Origin: an uncultured Bacilli bacterium
GTDB lineage: Bacteria; Bacillota_I; Bacilli_A; RF39; UBA660
Assembly: GCA_934101225.1 (NCBI GenBank)
Contig: CAKOQK010000003.1
Span: 6,186-70,185 of the forward strand
DNA: 64,000 nt
Reading direction: 5' to 3'
Shown here: piece after piece, positions 9,073 to 17,882 of the stretch
Layout of the letters: the number at the start of each line of letters is the position of its first letter
Numbering within the stretch: position 1 is the first letter of the stretch
Notes under the pieces: model-generated
What the model saw: only the letters and a program-made list of their open reading frames with translations
Told to the model about the DNA's origin: nothing
Databases searched by the model: none
Program-made: the position numbers and the translations under genes

Positions 9073-10922
9073 CTAATTCTACTTATATTATCGGTTTTAT
9101 TTACAAACTTATTAAAATAATTATAAAAACATTCATCTATATCAGAATAATTCAACGGTAAAGTAATTTCTTCATCATACGCTGCCACTCCCATTTTAAC
9201 AAATAACTCTCTATCATCATGAAGAAATATATATGAAGCAAAATAAAGTCCATTTACATATCTAAATCTAAAATTTAATTTATTTTCTAACTCAGTACCA
9301 TCTTCTTTAATTAGACTATCAAATTGTTTATGATACTTAATAAACATCTTTTTATATATCTCTGGTAACTTTTGTACTTCTTTATTAAAGACATCTTCAT
9401 AATTATCCATATTTATTGTGTTCCACGGATTATTTTTAAATATTTTTTTAATAAAATTAACATAACTTATATAAAAGCAAGATAAAATTTCATAATAATA
9501 ATTTTCTTTCATAACTTTTTCAGCATCTAATCCATATTCTGTAAACTCAGTTAAATATTTATATAAATATAATTCAACTGTTATAGGCGAAACCTCAGTA
9601 TAATTATCAAAAATAACCTTAGAACTAATATCTTTTTGAAAATAAACTTTATGAATAAATTCATGAACAATTGTAAAAACATCTTTTATATTATTTCTAA
9701 CAACAATTGTTACTTTACCATCATTATTTATAAAATTAGAATTATCTTCATTAATATCATTATTCAAAAAAACAAAACTTTCTTTATCGTTTTCTATCAT
9801 ATTAATAAACATATTATATAAATTTATATCAAACTTTTTTAAAAAAGAAAAAACGATATTAAAAGACTCAGTAATATTTATATTGCTTTTTAATTCTAAA
9901 TTTTCCAAATTTTCTAATTCAATTATCCCATTATCAGCTAATAAATTTATTAATCTATTGGAAATTATCGAAGTATTATATCCTTCATGCAATTTAACAT
10001 TCTTAAATTGAACTTTAATGTCAGAAAAATACATTTCTAAACTGTTTTTTACATCATTTTCACTTATCTTATTAAAATCAAAATTCTTATCATACATTCC
10101 CAAATTAATTTCATTTAGTAATTTCATATCATTATTATAATAAATATAAGGACTAATAAACATAGCATAGATATACCTATACATTTGATTATAATCAAAT
10201 AGCAATAAAGATTGTCTATCAATATCTTTTTCAAATAAATTAAAATTATCTAAAAAAATCTTTTTTAATTTAACATCATCTATTAAATTTATTTTCTTAT
10301 TTATCTCTTCATTATAATATTTTCTATTTAAATTTCTTATAATTAAAATTTTAACATCGCTATTTAAAAATTCAACATATTTTATAAAAAAACAATAATA
10401 CATAGTAACCATTAATCTATTATAAATATAGTTATAAGCATCTTCTTCATGTTTTGTATTTTCTAAATATTTTCTTAAATACATTTCTGATGTAATTGAT
10501 CCAACTTCACATAATATTTTATTATACATTTTTTTACCAATTTGCAAATTATATTTATGTGTAAATTCATGAGTAATTCCATATATATCATTAATATTAT
10601 TTTCTACCCCAATTATTGTTTTTCCAGTTCCTAATACTACATGATTATTATTATCTAAACATTTATGATTTATATCTTTAGAAACAAATAAAAAAGATTT
10701 TTTATCAAAACTAATTGTATTAATAAAGGCATTATACATATTATTATCAAAACTTTTAAAAAATTCACAAGCTATATTATATGATTCACTAATATTATAC
10801 TTATTAATTGTTTTCTTTACAATTGAATTAAAATCATAATCAAAATCAAATTTAAAATATAATTCAATTAAAGAATTTATAATTTTATCCATTTCTTTTT
10901 TATTCATAATGTTTCTCCACAC
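9069..10922 (-). CDS. internally duplicated protein with two HExxH motifs (putative Zn-metallopeptidase-like), translationally coupled to uvrC
   Basis: 617 aa. Two homologous ~300-aa halves (NISESYNIACEFFKSFDNNMYNAFINTISFDKKSFLF ... ITHEFTHKYN versus NITESFNIVFSFLKKFDINLYNMFINMIENDKESFVFL ... IVHEFIHKVY). 4-nt overlap with the uvrC start. Confidence 0.55.
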   Translation of the reverse strand: MWRNIMNKKEMDKIINSLIELYFKFDFDYDFNSIVKKTINKYNISESYNIACEFFKSFDNNMYNAFINTISFDKKSFLFVSKDINHKCLDNNNHVVLGTGKTIIGVENNINDIYGITHEFTHKYNLQIGKKMYNKILCEVGSITSEMYLRKYLENTKHEEDAYNYIYNRLMVTMYYCFFIKYVEFLNSDVKILIIRNLNRKYYNEEINKKINLIDDVKLKKIFLDNFNLFEKDIDRQSLLLFDYNQMYRYIYAMFISPYIYYNNDMKLLNEINLGMYDKNFDFNKISENDVKNSLEMYFSDIKVQFKNVKLHEGYNTSIISNRLINLLADNGIIELENLENLELKSNINITESFNIVFSFLKKFDINLYNMFINMIENDKESFVFLNNDINEDNSNFINNDGKVTIVVRNNIKDVFTIVHEFIHKVYFQKDISSKVIFDNYTEVSPITVELYLYKYLTEFTEYGLDAEKVMKENYYYEILSCFYISYVNFIKKIFKNNPWNTINMDNYEDVFNKEVQKLPEIYKKMFIKYHKQFDSLIKEDGTELENKLNFRFRYVNGLYFASYIFLHDDRELFVKMGVAAYDEEITLPLNYSDIDECFYNYFNKFVNKTDNISRIR

Positions 10923-10973
10923 AAATACTATAGCACATTATTAAATTAATTGATATAATGTAAAAGATGTTAT

Positions 10974-11321
10974 ATGAAATTAATAAATACAAGTTATATT
11001 GAAATTAAAAAATCTAAATTTAATGGTTATTTATATGAATTAGATTCAGTAGAAGAAGTTAAATTAATATTAGAACATTTAAAAAAAGAAAATAAAGGAT
11101 ACAGACATATCCCCTATGCCTATTATTTTAATAATACTGCTGGCAAATCTGATGATAAAGAACCAGGTAATATATCTATATCTTTTTTAAATAACTTAGA
11201 AAGAAATAGTCTTAATAATCATTTAATTGCTGTTGTAAGATTCTACGGTGGAACAAAATTAGGTGCATCTAACTTATCTAGAACATATGGTAAATGTGCA
11301 AGTACATGCATAAATAAATAA
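10974..11321 (+). CDS. IMPACT/YigZ (UPF0029) family N-domain protein
   Basis: 115 aa with RHIPYAY and VVRFYGGTKLGASNLSRTYG, matching the conserved IMPACT-family core. Confidence 0.55.
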   Translation: MKLINTSYIEIKKSKFNGYLYELDSVEEVKLILEHLKKENKGYRHIPYAYYFNNTAGKSDDKEPGNISISFLNNLERNSLNNHLIAVVRFYGGTKLGASNLSRTYGKCASTCINK

Positions 11322-11342
11322 AAATTACATAATCTTTATTAG

Positions 11343-11702
11343 GTGATTTTTTTGAATTATATAATTAAATATTTAAAAACATTAGCAATACCTTTTATTT
11401 CTTTAATAATTATGTCTATCTTATTTAGTATAACAAATCTTTTAGGATTTAAAACCAATAATATATTTATTTTAATATCAATGTCCATAGTTATGTTTAT
11501 ATCAGGTTATTACTTAAGTAAAGAAACACTTAAGAAAAAATATATTCACGGTTTAATATTAGGCATTATTACATCTATATTATATTTATTACTAAGTTTA
11601 ATATTTAACAAAGAATTAACTTTTAATACTTTTATCTATTATTTAGTAATAACAATATCATCAATGTTAGGATCCATGTTTTCCTCAGCAAAATCTAAAT
11701 AA
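11343..11702 (+). CDS. small integral membrane protein (4 predicted TM helices)
   Basis: 119 aa, GTG start, hydrophobic throughout. Confidence 0.45.
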   Translation: MIFLNYIIKYLKTLAIPFISLIIMSILFSITNLLGFKTNNIFILISMSIVMFISGYYLSKETLKKKYIHGLILGIITSILYLLLSLIFNKELTFNTFIYYLVITISSMLGSMFSSAKSK

Positions 11703-11728
11703 AATAAATAAATATAGTTACCAAAAAT

Positions 11729-11758
11729 AAACTCCAATTAAGGAGTTTATTTTAATTA
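11729..11758. terminator. bidirectional rho-independent terminator (aaactcc aatta aggagttt + T-run); same element reused at 62689
   Basis: Perfect 7-8 bp stem with T/A runs on both sides. Lies between convergent genes 11343..11702 (+) and 11756..13072 (-). Confidence 0.5.
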
Positions 11759-13072
11759 CCCAATACGGAACGCTGGAGCAAAACCATAATGGTTATTTGA
11801 ATTTCTAGAAAAATAACCTCCTGCATTAAGTACATCATAAAATAAATTGTCAGTATCACTGCATGATGTTCTTAACCACCAATTTGATTCTAAACCACCA
11901 TATAATTTTTTTGCATTATCAATATTAGCATTTGTTAACACATTTTTTCTTTCGTAATAGTCAAGCTGTCTTGTGTAATCATATTCAGTATCATAAGACA
12001 ATTTATTGTTCCAAACCTCATGTGCACCTAATAAATATATTTTGTCAGTAGATATATGATTTACAGTATCAGCGTTTCCATGTCCTGATACTACTTTTGT
12101 TTTAGTTATAATATTTTGCAAGTCACTTGGTAATTTATTAAAGAACTCTCCATTTGCATATGTTCTCATTGCTGTTGCTGGCCAGCCTCCTACATTTGTA
12201 TTAGTACTATTCATTTGTCTATTTTCAACTACATCCACAAACTCTACGACAAATCCACAGGCTGTCTGGGAAAAGTTACTATCATTACATTTTGTTGGTG
12301 TTGTGTTATTGGCAACACGCACTGTATAACTTGTTCCATCGCTTAACACTACTTCTTTTTCATCTCCAACTGAATAAGCATTTAACTGTCCATCTTTAAC
12401 CACGGCTGCTATTGTACTCCATGAATCTTCGGCAAATGTGGTTGGAGTTGGTTGTTCATAATTAACGACAACTCTTCCGCCTATTTCTTTTCCTTTTTCA
12501 CTATCTTGATTTTCTCCGGTATCAGGAAATTGAAGTATTAAATTAAATGTGATTGTTTGATTTGACGTGTTCACTGGAAACTCTCCTGTAACCATTTCAG
12601 TATATTTATTTCCTTTTTTTAAAGTTCCATGAGTATATCCTGTATACGAACTATTTCCTTGTACTGTTTGATTGATTGTTCCAGTATACTCTGCTGTTAC
12701 CTTAGAAGATACAGGTCTATTCATTTCTTTTATATAATAGTGAATTTGTCCATCACTAAATGTTGATGTGTATTTTAGTCCTACTTTATATGGCATGGCA
12801 AGTCCACTGGTGGTGTTTGTACCTGTTAAAGTAAAGGTCTTATTCACTAATATCGTGTTACTTGGTTGTATATCTTTTGATACTAATAAATCACTTGTTC
12901 CATCAGCATAATTTATTGTCATCTTACCACTTGTTGCTGATATTATAGACGTACTTCCTTTATTATTATTCGCACTAAAAAAAGCATATGTTATTCCTGA
13001 AAATATTACTATGAGCATTATTATTGTTCCTAATATAACATATACTTTTATTTGTTCTTCCTTATTATTCAT
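11756..13072 (-). CDS. membrane-anchored surface protein with C-terminal WWLRT...YGFAPAFRIG domain
   Basis: 438 aa, N-terminal signal-anchor TM, Thr/Ser/Asn-rich extracellular region. Noticeably higher GC than neighbours. Strong promoter upstream. Confidence 0.55.
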   Translation of the reverse strand: MNNKEEQIKVYVILGTIIMLIVIFSGITYAFFSANNNKGSTSIISATSGKMTINYADGTSDLLVSKDIQPSNTILVNKTFTLTGTNTTSGLAMPYKVGLKYTSTFSDGQIHYYIKEMNRPVSSKVTAEYTGTINQTVQGNSSYTGYTHGTLKKGNKYTEMVTGEFPVNTSNQTITFNLILQFPDTGENQDSEKGKEIGGRVVVNYEQPTPTTFAEDSWSTIAAVVKDGQLNAYSVGDEKEVVLSDGTSYTVRVANNTTPTKCNDSNFSQTACGFVVEFVDVVENRQMNSTNTNVGGWPATAMRTYANGEFFNKLPSDLQNIITKTKVVSGHGNADTVNHISTDKIYLLGAHEVWNNKLSYDTEYDYTRQLDYYERKNVLTNANIDNAKKLYGGLESNWWLRTSCSDTDNLFYDVLNAGGYFSRNSNNHYGFAPAFRIG

Positions 13073-13092
13073 ATAACTTCACCATATCCTTA

Positions 13093-13178
13093 TAGTGAAA
13101 TTATAACCCGGTTTACCCCCCCGTCAAGCGAACATTTGTCTTTTTATATATAATTTTTGAAAAATGTTCGCTTGACGG
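13093..13178 (-). promoter_or_regulatory. sigma-A-like promoter (TTGACG-16-TATAAT) with perfect 17-bp inverted repeat overlapping -35
   Basis: Minus-strand -35 = rc of 13122-13127, -10 = rc of 13100-13105, RBS aaggatatggtga before ATG 13072. Inverted repeat ccgtcaagcgaacattt (13121-13137) / aaatgttcgcttgacgg (13162-13178), 24-bp spacer, with a 7-C run adjacent. Confidence 0.45.
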
Positions 13179-13196
13179 TTAAATTATAAATAAATA

Positions 13197-13640
13197 TTAT
13201 TTATTTTGACTATCTATCACAATTGTTATTGGTCCATCATTATCAATTTTAATTAACATATCAGCACCAAACATTCCAGGATAAGTTTTAACACTTTCAT
13301 TTAATTTACTATTAAATATTTCATATAACTTAATAGCATCTTCACCCTTCATTGCATTAATATAACTAGGTCTATTACCATCTTTAGTAATTGCTTGTAA
13401 AGTAAACTGACTTATTGATAAAATTTCACCATTAACATCAATTACACTTTTATTCATAATACCATTTTCATCATCAAATATTCTTAAATTAACAATTTTT
13501 TTAACAATATAATTTATATCATCAATAGTATCATTAACATTAAAGCCAGCAAGAACTACTAATCCTTTATCAATTTTACTTATTATTTTATCATCAACAG
13601 TGCATGATCCACATTTACACCTTTGAATAACTACTTTCAT
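13197..13640 (-). CDS. dtd: D-aminoacyl-tRNA deacylase
   Basis: 147 aa, MKVVIQRC..., SQFTL and NDGPITIVID motifs. 4-nt overlap with relA. Confidence 0.85.
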   Translation of the reverse strand: MKVVIQRCKCGSCTVDDKIISKIDKGLVVLAGFNVNDTIDDINYIVKKIVNLRIFDDENGIMNKSVIDVNGEILSISQFTLQAITKDGNRPSYINAMKGEDAIKLYEIFNSKLNESVKTYPGMFGADMLIKIDNDGPITIVIDSQNK

Positions 13641-15739
13641 CTTATAACCTCTTTAACAAATGGTAATATTCTTAAATCTTCAATAAGTAATGATAAATCT
13701 TCCTTATTTTTAACCTTAACACTTATTTCATATGATACTGAATCTTTTTCATTAATTTCATTAATGCTTGTTATTGTTATTCCTCTTGTACTTGCTTTAG
13801 TAACAATATCTAAAATATGATTATTCATTGAATCAGTATTAACTCTAATTCTTGCAATAAATAATTTATCACTATTAATATTGTTCCAAGTAACATCTAT
13901 TAATCTAGTATCAATATTTTTCATATTCGGACAATTCTTCTTATGAACAATTATTCCCTCACCTTTAGTAATATAACCAATTATTTCATCACCAGGTACT
14001 GGATGGCAACACTTAGCAACATTTACTTTGATATTATCAACTCCATCAACAATAATATCATTTTTATAGTTTTCTTTTACATCATTATTATTATTAACCC
14101 TTTCAAGCATTAAATCATCCATAGATGTTTTTTCCTCAAAAATTAAGTTAACAATATAAGTTGGAGTATATCTTAAAGCACCTAAACTTAAATACATATC
14201 GTCCATATTATTAATCTTCAAGTTTTTATAAATCTTGTCAATATTTTCTTCTTCATTTAAAGTAGTTAAAGGTAATTTTCTCTTTCTTAATTCTTTTTCA
14301 ATTAAAGTTTTACCTTCTTCAATATATCTTTCACGATCTTGTTTACTAAAATATGCTTTAATTTTATTCTTTGCTTGACTAGTTTTAACAAATTTTAACC
14401 AATCTATATTAGGTTTAGCACTCGCATTTGTATTAACTTTAATTATATCGTTATCATTAAGTTCATAATCAAGTGGCACAATATTATCATTAACTATTGC
14501 TCCAACCATATGATCACCTATGTCAGAGTGAATACGGTAAGCAAAATCAACAGGAGTAGATCCAAGTGGAAGTTCCATTACATCGCCTTTAGGTGTAAAA
14601 ACATAAATTTGTTTAGATAATAATTCCATTTCCATATTTTGTTCAAATAATTCATTACTTGCATCACTTGTTGCTAAATCTATGGTATTTCTGAATATTT
14701 CTAGCTTTTGTTCCATTAAGTTTTTAACTGTTCCATCTGAGTGTTCTTTATATGACCAGTGAGACGCAATACCATGTTCAGCAATTTCATCCATTTCTTT
14801 AGTTCTAAGTTGAATCTCAAATATATGGCCATCAACTCCAAAAACAGATGTATGTAAAGACTGATACATATTTTCCTTAGGCATTGCAATATAATCTTTA
14901 AATCTCTTAGGAATTGGTCTATATTTAGCATGAATAAGTCCAACAACCAAATAACAATCTTCTGGAGTATCTAAAATTATTCTAAGTGCTAAAATATCAT
15001 AAATATCACTCCACTTTTTTCCAGTAGATAACTTATTATAAATACTATAAACACTTTTAACTCTTGATTTAATATGAAAATTAATACCATGCTCAGTTAA
15101 AATCTCAATAAGTTCATTTTGCATATCTTCAAGGCTAACTGATAACTCTTTTCTTGTTCCTGATAATTTTTCAGCTATTTCATCATAAACATCTGGTTTA
15201 GTATATCTTAAACATAGATTTTCTAATTTAGATTTAATACTATTAATACCTAATCTATGAGCAATTGGAATTAATACATTCATAGTTTCATTAGCGATTT
15301 GTTTCTTTTCTTCTTCACTATACTCTTTAGTCTGCATTTCATCTAATCTATCAGCAAGTTTAATAATTATAACTCTTACATCATCACTTATTCCAACTAA
15401 TACTTTTCTTAAATAAATACTTGATGATTCATTATAATCATTTAATTTAATACTTCTAAGTTTAATTAAATTAGCAACTAAATTAGCGATATTACTACCA
15501 AACTCTTCATTAATTTCATCATAAGTAATATTTTCTTTCGCATATGCATCATGTAAAAGAGCAGCTATAATCATAGTACTATCAGCATTTAATTCAGATA
15601 CAATCGTAGCAACTCTTAAATAATGATCATCACTTGCAGTTTCTTTAACAATATTATATGCCTTATTTACTAAATCAAGTTCACTACTACTAGCACATTC
15701 ACTAAGTTTATTAATTATATTTTCAAACATTATTATCAA
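13637..15739 (-). CDS. relA: bifunctional (p)ppGpp synthetase/hydrolase Rel
   Basis: 700 aa with HD hydrolase domain (LLHD), synthetase domain, TGS and ACT regions. Confidence 0.9.
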   Translation of the reverse strand: MIIMFENIINKLSECASSSELDLVNKAYNIVKETASDDHYLRVATIVSELNADSTMIIAALLHDAYAKENITYDEINEEFGSNIANLVANLIKLRSIKLNDYNESSSIYLRKVLVGISDDVRVIIIKLADRLDEMQTKEYSEEEKKQIANETMNVLIPIAHRLGINSIKSKLENLCLRYTKPDVYDEIAEKLSGTRKELSVSLEDMQNELIEILTEHGINFHIKSRVKSVYSIYNKLSTGKKWSDIYDILALRIILDTPEDCYLVVGLIHAKYRPIPKRFKDYIAMPKENMYQSLHTSVFGVDGHIFEIQLRTKEMDEIAEHGIASHWSYKEHSDGTVKNLMEQKLEIFRNTIDLATSDASNELFEQNMEMELLSKQIYVFTPKGDVMELPLGSTPVDFAYRIHSDIGDHMVGAIVNDNIVPLDYELNDNDIIKVNTNASAKPNIDWLKFVKTSQAKNKIKAYFSKQDRERYIEEGKTLIEKELRKRKLPLTTLNEEENIDKIYKNLKINNMDDMYLSLGALRYTPTYIVNLIFEEKTSMDDLMLERVNNNNDVKENYKNDIIVDGVDNIKVNVAKCCHPVPGDEIIGYITKGEGIIVHKKNCPNMKNIDTRLIDVTWNNINSDKLFIARIRVNTDSMNNHILDIVTKASTRGITITSINEINEKDSVSYEISVKVKNKEDLSLLIEDLRILPFVKEVIR

Positions 15740-15742
15740 ATC

Positions 15743-15997
15743 CTATCTTTTGTTAATTTTATAATCTATTAATTCCTTATCAGAAGCTGTAATAATATCA
15801 TTAACCATTTCTCCTAAAGTTAAATGTTCTTTTTTCATCCAATACGTACTTTTTAAATAATTCCAAATATCTTTTCTATCTATTCCTTTAATATTATTTC
15901 TTCTTAAATCATTTATTTTAACATTAAAAGCAGGGATTAATTTTTTATACAATTCTTCTAAAGACTTAAATTTAAATTCATCCATCTTTAACCTCAT
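15743..15997 (-). CDS. small hypothetical protein (84 aa) upstream of relA
   Basis: Intact ORF 3 nt from relA start. No confident family. Confidence 0.4.
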   Translation of the reverse strand: MRLKMDEFKFKSLEELYKKLIPAFNVKINDLRRNNIKGIDRKDIWNYLKSTYWMKKEHLTLGEMVNDIITASDKELIDYKINKR

Positions 15998-16058
15998 CTT
16001 TATCCATAAACATTATAACAAATTTAATTAAAATAATAAATAAATCATATACTTAAAT

Positions 16059-17339
16059 ATGAAAAATAAATTTATAAAAAGTACATTAATATTACTAATA
16101 GGCGGAATTATCACTAAATTATTAAGTTTTATTATTAGAATTTACTTTACACGTAATATAGGATCAGGTATTGAAATATACTCTCTTATTATGCCAACTT
16201 ACAGCTTATTAATAACTATTACCCAATTAGGTTTTCCTCTAGCCATATCATCAATTATAGCTAAAGGTGAAAAAACTGGTAAGAATATTGCTTCTTCCAT
16301 CATTCCAATATCAATACTATTAAATATATTTCTCATTATAATTGTATTGTTATCTGCAAACTTCTTATCTAATAATTTATTACATAATAAAGAAACATAT
16401 TATCCCTTACTTGCTTGTTCTCTAGTCCTACCATTTATATCAATCGCTTCAATTATAAGAGGATATTTCTTTGGTAAACAACAAATGATGCCTCACACTA
16501 TTTCTAATATAATTGAACAACTTTTTAAACTATTTATAGTTATAATTATACTTCCTAAAATTATTAAACACGGAATCATTTTTGCCGTAACCGGCTATAT
16601 TTTAATATCAATAATATCTGAAACAATATCTATTATTGTCTTCTTATTATATTTACCTAAAGGATTTACTATCAAAAAAGAAGATCTTAAACCCGACATT
16701 GGTACAATTAAAGATGTTTTAAAAATAGGTATTCCTTCAGTATCTTCTAGAATAATCGGTAATATTGGTTATTTCTTTGAACCAATCATATTAACTAATT
16801 TACTTTTATTAAATGGTTTTTCTAATGAATACATTATTAGTAATTATGCTATTTATAACACTTATGTAATTGGTTTATTAGTTGTACCTACTTACCTTTT
16901 AGGTGCAGTTGCAACTGCTCTTCTTCCTGAACTATCTAAAAACATTAATAATATTAAAAAAGTAAAAAGAATATTTTATAAAGTCTTAACATTTTCCCTA
17001 ATCTTTGGAATCGGTGCTAATATATTTTTATTCTTCTTTTCTGATGAAATATTAAGTATTATTTTTAATACAACTGCTGGTTACACTTACATAAAATTCT
17101 TATGTCCATTCTTTATTCTTTATTACTTAGAAGCACCTTTATCTATCGTTTTAACGGCTTTTAATAAAACTAAAATAGTAATGCGAACAACTACAATTGG
17201 AATTGTTTTTAAACTTATCACTTTATCCATCTTGTGCTTCTGTAACATCGGAATATATGCCTTAATTATTTCTGAAATAGTAGATATTCTAATTGTTGTA
17301 TTATTAAACTATAAAGAAACTAAAAAAATATTAAAGTAA
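16059..17339 (+). CDS. MOP-superfamily polysaccharide/PG lipid-II flippase-like protein (SpoVB/YtgP/MurJ-like)
   Basis: 426 aa, about 12 TM helices. The N-terminal pattern KLLSFIIRIYFTRNIG...YSLIMPTYSLLITITQLGFPLAISSIIAKG is typical of this family. Confidence 0.6.
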   Translation: MKNKFIKSTLILLIGGIITKLLSFIIRIYFTRNIGSGIEIYSLIMPTYSLLITITQLGFPLAISSIIAKGEKTGKNIASSIIPISILLNIFLIIIVLLSANFLSNNLLHNKETYYPLLACSLVLPFISIASIIRGYFFGKQQMMPHTISNIIEQLFKLFIVIIILPKIIKHGIIFAVTGYILISIISETISIIVFLLYLPKGFTIKKEDLKPDIGTIKDVLKIGIPSVSSRIIGNIGYFFEPIILTNLLLLNGFSNEYIISNYAIYNTYVIGLLVVPTYLLGAVATALLPELSKNINNIKKVKRIFYKVLTFSLIFGIGANIFLFFFSDEILSIIFNTTAGYTYIKFLCPFFILYYLEAPLSIVLTAFNKTKIVMRTTTIGIVFKLITLSILCFCNIGIYALIISEIVDILIVVLLNYKETKKILK

Positions 17340-17361
17340 AAAAACACCAATTATGGTGTCA

Positions 17362-17811
17362 TTATAAATACTTTTTAAGCTTAGCAATTGCGTTAGTTTG
17401 AAAATCTTTAAAGTCTCTAATTAATTTTTTAATATCTCTATCAACATTTTCATCAAAACAAGAAAACATCTTTGTCATTTCAATTTCACCCATTGTAAGC
17501 CCATTAATAAGCATATCTGCAATAGCAGAATCACTGTTATCTTTTAAAACTTGCATCTTTATGCCCATATCTGCTGAAATATTAGTAAAAGGACTAAATC
17601 CTTTACCTTTTTCATTCATTGATTTAAGTAAACTTTCCGATTGTTTTAAAAATGAATTATAACTATTTAGTATATCATTTACAACTTCTGTTATTTTATT
17701 ATCTTTATTTTCTAAAGATTTTAATAACGTATTAGTACTATCACTACCCATTTTAGCGTTTTTATAAACATAATTTAATATTTCATATTCATCTACCATT
17801 TGCATCACCAT
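17362..17811 (-). CDS. hypothetical protein (149 aa)
   Basis: Intact ORF. No motif recognised. Confidence 0.4.
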   Translation of the reverse strand: MVMQMVDEYEILNYVYKNAKMGSDSTNTLLKSLENKDNKITEVVNDILNSYNSFLKQSESLLKSMNEKGKGFSPFTNISADMGIKMQVLKDNSDSAIADMLINGLTMGEIEMTKMFSCFDENVDRDIKKLIRDFKDFQTNAIAKLKKYL

Positions 17812-17882
17812 TATTATAATGGCTAATGTTACGAATTATATACTAGTAAAATAAAAAAGCACCATTAACTTGGCACTTAATT

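Noticed and set aside
9636-9821. 61-aa plus-strand ORF inside the 617-aa HExxH gene
   Set aside because: Antisense to a well-supported long ORF. Ile/Asn/Lys-rich translation typical of an AT-rich antisense frame. No RBS.
13623-13820. 65-aa plus-strand ORF overlapping relA/dtd
   Set aside because: Antisense to conserved genes. Low-complexity translation.
14716-14946. 76-aa minus-strand ORF nested in relA in another frame
   Set aside because: Alternative frame of a conserved gene. No independent support.
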